DNA of 64,000 nt from Eledone cirrhosa (GCA_964016885.1 OZ024765.1:23622001-23686000); one strand, 5' to 3'. Positions 27,631 through 39,147 are shown, counted from the first letter of the stretch. Translations and numbers: made by a program. The notes: generated by a model from the letters alone, not told the origin.

Positions 27631-30600
27631 ATGACCTCACTCAATAGGCAGCATAAATGCGCGTGGCTTGGGGTCGTCATGGAAGCAGGGCCACCTGCTC
27701 AACGACCTCAGGTCACTAAACATAGATGTAGTGGCCATCAGCGAGACCAGAATCTCCGAAGCACAGGCTTTCGCACCGATCTTCGACGGCTACGATGTGT
27801 ACGCATCTCCCAGCCGTCCGGGATCGGGGGGGGAGGAGTTGCTGTGCTTTTTCGGAGAGGTTTGGATCTTGCCATACGGGCCATCTTCCTGGACCCAGAA
27901 GGTAAGTTGGTGGTGCTGGACGTGACCAGCGGAGACGGGCAAGCTTTCAGGTTAGTGGCCGTCTATGCCCCGACAGGAGCAGGGCGGCCTGATTTCTTCC
28001 GGCGTCTGGAGACCTTTCTTGGAACGTCCCGCTCTTTAGTGTTAGTGGGCGACTGGAACGGGATCTTAGATGCACGCTGGGATTGTGTGGGATTAGTGGA
28101 TAGGGAAGGAGGGTGCAAGAGTCTCACCAACCTGCTCAGACGTTTTGAACTGTCTGACAGGTACCGAATGGATTTCCCGAATGTACCAATGTGGACTTGG
28201 ACAAATCGAATAGGGTCATCCAGATCATATCTAGATAGAGTATTTTGTAGGGAAATAGATAGGTCTAGCATAGGCTGTCCACAATTCAAGATAGTCAGCT
28301 ACACGGACCACAAATTCGTGATCTGTGTGCTTGACTTAGATAGGCTTCATAGACGAGGACCCGGCTACTGGAAGCTAAACGCGTCCTTACCAGCGCGCAA
28401 GGCCTACAGAGACCGGATTAGCGAACTAGTTAAGCGGGCGTTGACGGGGGCCATCGTCAACAACAAGTGGTGGTTTGCTCTGAAAAGAGCAATTAGAATA
28501 GAGTCCATTAGGTTTAGTAAGACTTTAGCAATAGAGAAAAATAGAGCAGAGGGAGAATTAGTTAGAAAATTAGATGAGGCGCTTAGCAAAGGCATCGCGA
28601 CCGACGTACTTGCGGCGAAATTGGCCCTTGACCAATTCTTCAATGCAAAGCACGAAGGCTGCGTTGTCAGAGCTAGGGTGCGTGCTCTCAGACACGAGGG
28701 GACGAAAGCCGTTCAATGGGCCCGAGTGGCGGAGGCGCGTCGTGGCAACAAAGCCACGATCCGGTCTTTGGTGGACCACGACGGGCGCATGCTACTCGAT
28801 CCCGGGCAAATGTGTGAAGCTTTTCAGCGACACTTCGCTCAACTGTTCGGGGGCAGTGGCGGGCCGGATCGAGGGATGGACTTTAGTGTCTACCTCGACG
28901 GACTGCCGCGGCTTTCGGCCACTGAGGCGGAGTGTTGCGAAAAGCCGATAACAACCGCTGAAGTACGGGATGCAATGACTAGTTGCACAAGGGGTAAATC
29001 GCCTGGTTTGGATGGTCTGCCCTATGAACTTTACGTACAAATGCCAAACTTGTTCGGAGGCCTCTTGGCGGACGTCTACTGCAACTGGCAACAGAACGGG
29101 AGAATTCCCAGCTCTGTGAGCCGAGGAGCGGTGGCGCTGCTGAGAAAGGATCCGAACAAAGGGGATAACATAGATAATTTTAGGCCCATAACTCTGCTAA
29201 ACACAGAGTTCAAGATTTTGGCCAAGGTGCTAGCAAAGAGGTTGGCGCTTGTCGTTGGTGGTCTGGTGGGAGAGGCACAGACATGCGCCATTCCCGACAG
29301 ATCCATCCACGACAACCTCCACCTCATGCGATACATCGTAGAGAGGGTAGCTAAGGAACCTGGCACGGGTGGGTCTTTGATCAATTTAGATCAGTCGAAA
29401 GCCTTCGATAGGGTCGACCATCGTTACCTAGCGGCAGTCCTGAGGGCGGCTGGCTTTGGGCCCGTCTTCAGAGGCTGGATCGCTGCCATGCACAGCGACA
29501 TCTGCTCTGTAGTGAGAGTGAACGGTCACCTTTCGGAACCGTTCAATATCATGCGCTCGGTCCGCCAAGGATGTCCCCTCTCGTCCCTATTATACGTATT
29601 GACTCTCGAGCCATTACTGCACAAACTGGAGACGTTGAGGGGGGTCCCGCGCGAACTAGGATGCGGAAGATCCGTGTCAGCATATGCCGACGATGTCACC
29701 GTAGTGGTGTCGAACGCCAAACACATCGAGGCGATCGGCACTACACTAAGAGAATACGAAGCGGTGACAGGAGCAATGATCAACCAGGAAAAGTCAGTGG
29801 GCCTGCAGCTCGGCACCTGAAGAGGCAGGTCCATGCCGTCCAACAGCGTCGTCGGGCGCTGGACGGACGGATCGGTTAAATTGCTAGGGGTCTGGTTCGG
29901 TCCAGACCTCCAGACGGACAAAAACTGGGACGAGGTGACGAGCAGGGTGGCTTCTCTCACCCAGAAATGGGCCGAGAGGAATCTATCCCTGAAAGGTCGA
30001 GCGGAGGTGGCGAATGCGTACATCGCATCCGTCATCTACTACCGCCTGACCGTCGTACCTTGTCCTAAGCCCCGCCTGACTGCGCTGGAGCGTTTGCTCT
30101 TTCGCTTCTTGTGGAAGGGACGCGCTCCGATGGTCAGGCGGTCCATCTGCTGTCAACACCCGCTACGTGTAGGGCTGGGCATGCCGTGGCTGATGATGCG
30201 CAGACACGCGCTCAGGCTACGACATCTCCACCTCTTCCTCGACGGTGATCAGGTGTGGTCGCCGTTTGCGAGACACGTTTTTCCCCAGCTCGTCTCCTTG
30301 ACGGAGCTGCAGTCCTGGGTCAAGCGAAGACCGAGAGGGAGCGCTTGGAGACTGGAATGTCTTCAGGCGCTCACAGCCCTCGACCAATCGGGCAATGTGA
30401 TCGGTGGAAACTCCACCTTGGCGTTCTATAGGGGATTAGTGGAGGGGAAGAGCGACGACGTACTTGGAGAAACTCTAGGCGTCGACGAAAATCAACTAGC
30501 CAATCTCTTCGGAAGGACTTTCGGGCCGGGGCCTATGGACAATTTCCAGAAATCCCTGGCCTGGCAGTGCTACCGAGGAGCTTTGCCAGTTCGGGATAAA

Positions 30601-31050
30601 CTCTACAGGCATGGAGGTGCCGTCAGCCGCGCATGTCCGAGATGCGCGCAGGGCGACGAAACCGTCCTGCACGCACTCGTCCAGTGTCCGAGCATTGCTG
30701 ACTTGTGGGTTTATGTCGAACACCTGCTGTCACGTGTAGGACGGATCCAGCTATCAGCTGAGTCCATCGTGAGGATTGCCCCGCCCCCTTCCTTTAGCCG
30801 GGAAGGGCAGGCAGTTTTTATCTGTCTGGTGGCCATGGCGAAAGAGATAGTATGGTGGACACGTTTGAAAGGGCTGAAGACGAGCACTTACCTCTTCGGT
30901 GATGCCCTGATTAACTTTTTCAAATTTCATTTGAAAAGGAAAATCAGGGTAGAGAGGGAAGTGCTCTCTTCCCAGCATTTTGTTGAAAGATGGGTGAGAG
31001 AAGCAAGTATGGCCCGAATGAATGGGCCTTCTCTGAGTATGTGTCTGTAA
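27631..31050 (+). pseudogene. Tx1-like ORF2 (APE endonuclease, RT, C-terminal CCHC) with 5' frameshifts and one in-frame TGA
   Basis: INARGL/ISET, YAP, GDWN, YLDRVF, TDH, GYWKLN, LDQSKAFD, RQGCPLS, YADD and CPRC...HALVQC. The TGA at 29818-29820 is in frame with ORF 29833-31050. Confidence 0.92.
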
Positions 31051-31292
31051 ATTAAAGGTGGAAAACTGGGAGAGGGCACTTGCCCTGGTGGTCAGGGCCA
31101 CTGTGGTCTTTTAATGGGCTTTCTCCACAAATGTCCCTTGGAAGTCTCCCCCCTATTGGGGAATTTTTCTTTGTTATTTTATTTCAACCTCTGTTTTTTT
31201 ACACGCAGAAATGCCCATTTGTACCGTCCTGTATTGTCCTGTACTGTCCTTAATGTCTACTTTATGTGAACCCTTGTGGTTAATAAAGAAAA

Positions 31293-31340
<48 letters not shown>

Positions 31341-31342
<2 letters not shown>

Positions 31343-31446
31343 CATGACTCATACAGTTCATTTTCCTGACATTTGTACATTATTCTATGTACTATACATG
31401 CACCTTTGATGAGTTGTAGTGCACCTGAGCACTGTACACAATAATT

Positions 31447-31495
<49 letters not shown>
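31341..31495 (+). mobile_element. Short diverged second copy of the CR1 3' UTR with (ATT)n tail
   Basis: Aligns by eye with 24085-24209 (…GATGAGTTGTAGTGCACCTGAGCACTGTACACAAT…). Confidence 0.88.
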
Positions 31496-31496
<1 letters not shown>

Positions 31497-31906
31497 ATCT
31501 TATTTAACATGTGCATTAAAAACTACACTAGCTGTTACCATTGTAATTAACGTGTAAGAACTTAAATGAAAATATAGGTGGTCCTTAAAAGGACCGGTGT
31601 TGAAACAAGTCATGGTTATCAAATTAGAAAATAAATTTAAGTTCAACACCGGCCCTTTTAACGGCCACCTATATTTTCATTTAAGTTATTACACGTTAAT
31701 TACAATTGTAGCAGCTAGTGTAGGTTTTAATGCACATGTTAAATAAGATTGTATATTATCGTTTCTCTCGAAAATTACGGGGTTATTTGGTAGCCATAAA
31801 TAAAATCATAAACGTAAATAACCGCGTGGTGATACGGAAATAAACGATTGAGAAGATTGACGAATGACGTCACCTTCTTTCTCACAGCTAATACCATGAC
31901 AGTCCC
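31496..31906. mobile_element. Inner left arm, loop and right arm of the fold-back element that starts at 20675
   Basis: 31496-31604 is the reverse complement of 31642-31750. 31748-31906 is the reverse complement of 20675-20897. Confidence 0.88.
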
Positions 31907-32194
31907 CAATTATTAATTATTTCATTACTGAGATATCATTGGAAGGATTTACTAATTTTTATTAATTATTTTATTAGTAACTTAACAGTTGGAAGATTTT
32001 AGGAAGAAGCTATGTAGCCGGTGCCGGTAAAATAGACTCCCAGGCTATGTAGCCGGTAAGAGTGTCAGACACCACGTGTTGCGGCCCTTTATGGTCTGAG
32101 TTAAGACAATTTAAAATCTTTTCCACCATCAATTATTAAAAAACAAGTTAAAATCATTTAGTCGTCCATTCGTAACGTACGTTACACTTTAGTT

Positions 32195-32640
32195 ACATAT
32201 ACATCTACTATATTACATACACACACATCTACTGTGTTATATATACACACATCTACTGTGTTACATACACGCACATCTACTGTGTTACATACACACACAT
32301 CTACTGTGTTATATATACACACACATCTAGTGTGTTACATACACATACATCTACTGTGTTACACACACACACATCTACTGAGTTACATACACACACATCT
32401 ACTGAGTTACATACACACATCTATTGAGTTACATACACACACATCTACTGAGGTACATACACACATCTACTGTATTACATACACACACATCTACTGGGTT
32501 ACACACACACATCTACTGAGTTACATACACACACATCTACTGTGTTATATACACACATCTACTGTTACATACACACACATCTACTGGGTTACACACACAC
32601 ACACATCTATTGGGTTACACACACACACACACATCTACTC
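32195..32640. repeat. ~24-bp minisatellite CATCTACTGTGTTACATACACACA
   Basis: Tandem units with variable (CA)n length. Confidence 0.92.
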
Positions 32641-32928
32641 ATACATACTATTCGAAGATTTTATTATAATTATGAACCTCGTATTTCAATTAATTATGAC
32701 TAATTATGAGCTATTTCTAACAATTGTTAGTTAATTACTAACATAGTAACTTAACATATGGTTGTTATATAGAATTTCGTTGGAAGACTTTAATTTAGAT
32801 AGGAACCATTTCCATAGAAGGAGAACCAATTTTGGCTGGGTTTCTACCAAAGGGTTAATGAAGAATTTTGAACAATTTACTAAAATTATTAATTATTTCA
32901 TTACTAAGATAATGTGTGAATACACAAT

Positions 32929-32960
<32 letters not shown>

Positions 32961-32994
32961 AACAGTATATATACATTATATATATATATAGTAT

Positions 32995-33937
32995 TAGTGA
33001 TCCCCTCTGGCTTCTCAACATTCTCTACCAGATATTTTGTTTTAGTCTCATTCATTCTCAGCCCCACACTCATCGACACAGTCTCAACCTCCCGCATCAA
33101 ATCCTCTGCCTCCTACACTGTATTTGTCACCAAAGCTATGTCGTCGGCAAATTCAGCATCCGATACCTTTTTCGCCCTAACTCTCCTGCTCTGAGCCGGT
33201 GCCACAGTAAAGCCAGAGTCCTGGTGTTTCTCCACTGCAAGACGCATACAATAGTCCACTACGATGATAAAAAGGTAGGGAGCCAATGTATCTCCCTGGA
33301 GCACTCCAGCCAGTGTCTCAAAGAACTCTGTCATCCCATCAGGTGTAATGACTTGGTTGAGGGCTTCCTGTATTTGGGAGCAAAGATTGGGAATACGGAA
33401 GATGATGTGGTTGAGAGGAAGAGCAAGGCCTAGGCGGCGTGCCACAGCTTGAGATCGGTGTGGAAGTCGGACCTTCGTAGAGACCTGAAAATCCGCCTCT
33501 TCATTGCTGTAGTGGAGTCTGTGCTGCTGTATGGGTCTGAGACTTGGACACTAACCAAGAAACTCACTCAGATGGTGGATGGGTGCTACACGAAAATGCT
33601 GAGGATGGCTCTGAACATTAATCAGTATACACTGAGAATGAAAAACTCAGAGCTGTATGGGAGCATCCCAAAAATCAGCTCAAAAGTGACACAGAGGAGA
33701 CTGAGGTTAGCTGGACATGCTCACCGACATCCAGAGTTGACATTGCACTCAGTGCTCCTTTGGGAGTCCCTACATGGACACACTAGAAGAGGAAGACTAA
33801 GGTTAACGTATGTTGATGCCCTAAGGACAGACACTGGTCTATTAGAGACGCAGGACATGGCAGCGATAATGAGGGACAGAGACTGCTGGAGAGAACTCGT
33901 CCATGGATCTCGGGAATTTTACCCGCCTTAGAATAGA
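32995..33937 (+). mobile_element. 5'-truncated RTE-group LINE with an inverted 5' segment
   Basis: Minus-strand RT core (GVLQGDTLAP, FADD, MNETKTK) at 32995-33350 is joined to the plus-strand continuation (FLYLG...LLYGSETW...RRLRLAGH). (TAGAA)n tail. TSD ATATATAGTAT at 32984-32994 and 33938-33948. Confidence 0.88.
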
Positions 33938-34373
33938 ATATATAGTATACAAAAGATATAGTGGGATAATGAGTAGTCTTAAAACAAGTCTGTCCAGATA
34001 GCTGCGCTGTAACTTACACTTATTGGGACTGTGTGTTGTCTAGCAGGCCTGTATTTTGAGATCTAGCTGGTCTATTATGAGGGAGGTCTGGTTAGTTGGC
34101 AGCACCATGCCTTGTGGTATATGTATGTATAGAAATAAGTTATTGTATATGTATAACTGTCCATCTATATGTATACATGTATGTTTAAGTATGTGTTTAC
34201 ATACATATATACATTTTCAGCTGTATGCAAGTAAGAGTATATATATCTTTATATATGTATATTTATAAATATATAAACAGACATATGCGTGTATATATAT
34301 AAATATATATATATATGTTTATATTTATATATCAATCATCTTTTAATATATATATGTATATATAAAATATATA

Positions 34374-34452
34374 CAGGGTCTCCCCAAAAAATGTATACAA
34401 CACTTCAACTACAGTTTATGTAAATGTGTATACATATTTTAGGGACACCCTG
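34374..34452. mobile_element. Tc1/mariner-type MITE (~80 bp)
   Basis: TA|CAGGGTCTCCCCAAAA...AGGGACACCCTG|TA. Confidence 0.75.
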
Positions 34453-34528
34453 TATATATACATATCATGTAACGTGACTCCTACTATTATTGGTTGTACA
34501 GATCGTCACAGATGAAAATATTTATTTC

Positions 34529-35038
34529 GACCAAGATTGAATATTTAATGGAATTAAGTGGAATTAGGAAATAAGACAATAAAACAGTGAAATGAAGACA
34601 TTGTCTCTTACTTCTCCTCATAAAAGCAGATCGCCACGCCACCTTTCAAGTAAACTAAGAAACTCTGAAAGGTGATAACTCTTTTTAAAAATTAAGGAAC
34701 CAGCCCGGTTGGAACCATGTAACACTTTAGTCCTAGTGTTAGTAAGCCAGACTGCTCACACTAGTAAATTATTGTAGCGCCCTCTTTACAGTAAACAGTG
34801 ATACTATATAAAAACAGTAGGAGATAACTCTGTAGATACTATAGTGAACAACGTGAGATTCGAACCCTTGTAAGATGAGAGAGCTGAGTTTAGTAAGCCC
34901 GAGCTGCTACTAAGTCAGCCACATTAAAGTTTATAAAGGGAGGACATTTTGTTTTTCTCTCTTTTAACCTCAACATTTCACTGTTTTATTGTCTTATTTC
35001 CTAATAAATTCCACTTAATTCCATTAAATATCTTGGTC
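34529..35038. repeat. Inverted repeat (~70-bp arms) enclosing tRNA-like relics
   Basis: GACCAAGAT...TAAGACAATAAAACAGTGAAATG (34529-34594) matches the reverse complement of 34974-35038. Confidence 0.85.
34845..34927 (-). pseudogene. tRNA-Ser-like relic (type II) or tRNA-derived SINE head
   Basis: Minus strand reads GTGGCTGA...GGGCTTACTAA...GGGTTCGAATCTCAC, with A/B-box spacing and a long variable region. The acceptor stem pairs poorly. Confidence 0.5.
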
Positions 35039-35263
35039 ATAATAAACTACCGAATCTATATTTTTGTCACAATTACAACTTTTATTTCGACATATTTCAT
35101 TAATATATAATTATATTATTAAGTTAATGTGACCAACACGTTAATTTTATTTAGTCTCCACATTTTCTTCCATGTTTAACAGATTCTACAGAAAATTGTT
35201 AATAAAATACATGTATATTTATTTATACACATGTAGGAGACACGTTTAATGATATGTATATTA

Positions 35264-35339
35264 CAGTGTCCCCCCAAAAATGTATACACACTTAGATAGA
35301 CTGTAGTTGAAGTGTGTATACATTTTTGGGGAGACCCTG
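35264..35339. mobile_element. Tc1/mariner-type MITE, inverted copy of 34374-34452
   Basis: TA|CAGTGTCCCCCCAAAA...GGGGAGACCCTG|TA. The internal sequence is the reverse complement of the first copy. Confidence 0.75.
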
Positions 35340-35393
35340 TATATATCTTATATACACATATATATGTCAAAAGATGATTAATATATAAAGAAA

Positions 35394-35443
<50 letters not shown>

Positions 35444-35477
35444 TTTATAGATATGTATTCAATTAAATATTTTACAA

Positions 35478-35525
<48 letters not shown>

Positions 35526-35542
35526 ATATATATATATATGGC

Positions 35543-36808
35543 TCAAATTGCAGTTCAAACCCAAACCCAAAAAGAAAGGTAACCCCGTAAAGAAACTCAA
35601 CGTCGGCAGCCTGTGCCGGGAGGAAGTGAAAGCCAAGTTCCAAGCAGACCTGCAGCAAAAACTAGACGAATCCCCTTGCACTGATGACCCCACCCCAGAC
35701 ACCTTGTGGGAGAACCTGAAATCAGCCATCCTTAAGACATCTGAGGAAGTTCTTGGGTACACAAAAAAGAAAAACAAGGACTGGTTTGATGAAAATTACA
35801 AGGGGATCCAGGACTTACTAGCAAAGAAGAGGGCAGCTCATCAGGCCCACCTTGCACAACCAACCTGTCCTGTAAAGAAAGATACCTTACGACGCGCATG
35901 CAGCATCTTACAGCGCAAACTCAGAGAAATACAGAACGAGTGGTGGGACCACCAGCGTGGAGAACCCAGCTGTGCGCTGACCTCGGAGACTATAGGGGCT
36001 TCTATGAGGCTCTGAAAGCAGTGTATGGCCCCACCTACCAAGTCCAGAGTCCCCTGCGCAGTTCAGATGGAGAGGACCTCCTCACCGATAACACCTCCAT
36101 CCTCGCTCGCTGGTCCGAGCACTTCCAAAGCCTCTTCAGTGCTGACCGCACCGTACAGGACGCTGCCATCCATCGCCTTCCTCAACTTCCACTCAAAGAG
36201 GAGCTCGACGAACCACCTACCCTCGAAGAGACGACTGAAGCCATAAAACAACTCAAGAGGCGCAAAGCAGCAGGAGTTGACAACATCGCACCAGAAATCT
36301 GGAAGAACGGGGGTCCGACGCTCCACGACAAACTACACGATTTTCTTGTCTGCTGTTGGGAGCAGGGTAAGCTGCCACAGGATCTTCGCGACGCCATCAT
36401 CATAACTCTGTACAAGAACAAGGGTGAAAAGTCTGACTGCTCCAACTACCGGGGAATCACCCTACTGAACCCCGAAGAAACGCTACAAAGGCTGTCTCAA
36501 AAAGTCTCTCACTGCATGTCATGTTGACCACCAATGCTGGTCAGACCTGGCTGCGGACCGTGATGCCTGGCGCCACACGATCTTCACCGCGGTCAGCGTG
36601 TTTGAGGAAGACGGAAGAGACGCGCAAAAAGACAAGTGACGCAGAAGGAAGGCCCAAGCCGCCTCTGACATCCCACCGGACGTTACCTTCATCTGTGGAC
36701 ACTGCTCACGGACCTGCCTTTCCCGCATCGGACTTGTCAGTCATGAGCGTGCCCATAGACGACGTGGACAACCTTCCTAATCTTTGTTCGCGAAGCCAAG
36801 CCATGATT
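35543..36808 (+). mobile_element. RTE (BovB-like) LINE fragment with the RT core deleted
   Basis: KNKDWFDEN, ILARWSEHF, KAAGVDNI and KGEKSDCSNYRGITLL, then a jump at ~36468 to the 3' end (KRYK...; CGHC..TC knuckle). Ends …CGAAGCCAAGCCATGAT. Confidence 0.85.
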
Positions 36809-36810
36809 AT

Positions 36811-37300
36811 AATGTTTGGTTTGTTTGTAAACAAACATCTCGAATTAAGCCGTACAGTGTTCGGCAACCATCGTTGCCCTTTTGTTCAACACTGACAAAG
36901 GAACTAGTTTCAAGCTTATTAGCTATCGTCAGCATCGTATACCTTCCTGACAGATGATTGAACCTTTGAGAGTATATACTTTCCTCATGCATATTAACGG
37001 CTGAGCAGCCTAATTTGCATATCGAGTGAGTTAATCGGCCGGGTGTACCGAAAACGATAATTGGAAAAAATGAAACGAAATTTCATTTCTCACTCTTAGT
37101 CCGGCTGTTACTTAAATATAAGTATACAAATATAAGTATACATGCATACATATATGGATACAGATGTACAGTAGTATGTATATACAGCTAGAAACTAGTT
37201 AATCATTCCTTTGTCAGTGTTGAACAAAAGGGCAACGATGGTTACCGAACACTGTACGGCTTAATTTGGGCTGTTTCTTTACAAACAAACCGAATATTAT
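36811..37300. repeat. Inverted repeat with ~105-bp arms
   Basis: 36811-36915 matches the reverse complement of 37187-37300 (…CCGTACAGTGTTCGG.AACCATCGTTGCCCTTTTGTTCAACACTGACAAAGGAA…). Confidence 0.9.
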
Positions 37301-37694
37301 AATAAATATTCGGTAAACCCATACGTACATATATATATGTGTGCATGTATGTATATACATACTACTGTACATCTGTATACATATATGTATGTATGTATAT
37401 ATATACTCTGATGTGTATACGTGTATCCGTCTGAAAATGTATAAATGTATCTAAATATATTTTTATACATACATGTATACATATAGATGGACAGTTATGC
37501 ATATAAAATATGTTATTATATATTTATATACATACAATGAATTATTAACTTATTAAAAACTACAATGTATGATTAAATTATGTTTGATTATAATGTCTAT
37601 GAAAGGAAATTATTATAATTGGTCTAAATTAATGTTAAAATAAATTTTAAAAAATCTAAATAAACAGTTTATTTGTTAACATAACCGTCGTGAT

Positions 37695-37812
37695 AATATT
37701 GGGGGGAGGGGGGAGTAGATTAAATCAACACCAATGCATTACTGGTACTTTATTTTATCGACCCCGTAAGGATGAAAGGCAAAGTTAACCTCGGAGGGAT
37801 TTGAACTCAGAT
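37695..37812 (-). mobile_element. SINE family 1 fragment
   Basis: TACTGGTACTTTATTTTATCGACCCCGTAAGGATGAAAGG is shared with the copies at 18591 and 54634. Confidence 0.8.
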
Positions 37813-39147
37813 CATACTGTCGTCATAATATTACAAATAAAAAGAGAGGGAGTCGGGCTGCTAACTGTAAAGTTCTTGTCATTAGGTGGGGTGTTGTGTT
37901 GGTTGTTGGATAGGAGCTGTTGGCCGATGGGTTGAGCATGTAGTGTCACTGAACCACGATCAAGGCTGCGATAGTGATGCTTCTGTGGTTTCATATTTCA
38001 ACACAGGCAAGATTATCTATAATATGAACGACTAAATGTTGGAGAAATTCATTCAATTGCTACAGGTCTGACCCTTAGTCTGAATTATATCTACTTATGT
38101 AGGTTTAACTTTACCAAGATTACCGAATCACTGCTCAAACTTGGGGCTTCTGAAACTAACTTATTGTGTTAACAGATGTTGAATGAGAATCTTCAATAAA
38201 AATATGGAGAAGCAAGGCGATAGATCTTTCTTTTTGTTTGTGTTTGAATTAATATTTACGTGTTTTCTTTTCTTTTGCCTGTAAATACAACCCACGTGTT
38301 GTAAGAGTGGTTGAGTTACTGCAGTGTTAATGCTTCGGTGTGTGGAAGACAGGTTAACAGAGCAGAAATGTTGTTGAGAGATCTACTGGTACCAACCACA
38401 TAATTATGGAGATAACGTTCAGATGAATAATAAATTGTGGAATGTCCTAGTTTTCGTCCAGGTAAGGCTAAGTAGGCTTTTTGGTGTGTTACCTTAGGTT
38501 TGTAAGGACTATTTAAGTCAATATTTCAGTGATTGATTTCTTGTTTTTGGTGGGTAATCGCACGTGGTTGTATGTGTTGCTTATGTTGACTTAAGTGGAG
38601 CCCTAAAAAAAACCTGTCCAGCAGGGACGGCTGCCTAGACAGAATTTTGAGATGTATCAAAAACAGTGGAGGAGAAATAAATATAATACATTCACGAAAC
38701 ACGTGTTACACGTGATTACGAATAAAATGTCAAACTGAAACTTGGATCACTCAATCCTGATATATATTTCATTAGGGAACTAACCCCCGTTTAGTTCCTA
38801 TAGACTTTAAACTGGGGCTTAAAGCAGCCCACCAAACAGTCCCTTCCCAATTCAAGAAGGTATGTGACCTGAAAGAAATTTGGCTATATATATATAGCAA
38901 GGAGGAGGTTGATATTCTCGCTGTTTTCGAGCTTATTCTGAAGTCTGTACAAAAGACTTGCTGTGTTCATTGTTTAACTAAACGTAAGAGTTTAAAGAAA
39001 GAAAAATCTGTAATGGATAATTTCACTGCTATTTCTAGCAGGGTGAGAGACTACATAATTGAGAGATATGTAATTGATATTTTACTGAAAATCGTAAAAT
39101 ACGATTGGAACTGTGTCTGAAGGTATTAAATTATATCAGGGACTTTT

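Larger units (their letters stand above)
25392..31293 (+). mobile_element. Apparently full-length Tx1/L1-group LINE embedded in (ATT)n
   Basis: 5' UTR, ORF1 and ORF2 present. AATAAA at 31282-31287. (ATT)n at 25348-25391 and 31294-31340. Confidence 0.92.

Noticed and set aside
32234-32734. His/Thr-rich 166-aa ORF
   Set aside because: It is a translation of the ~24-bp minisatellite.
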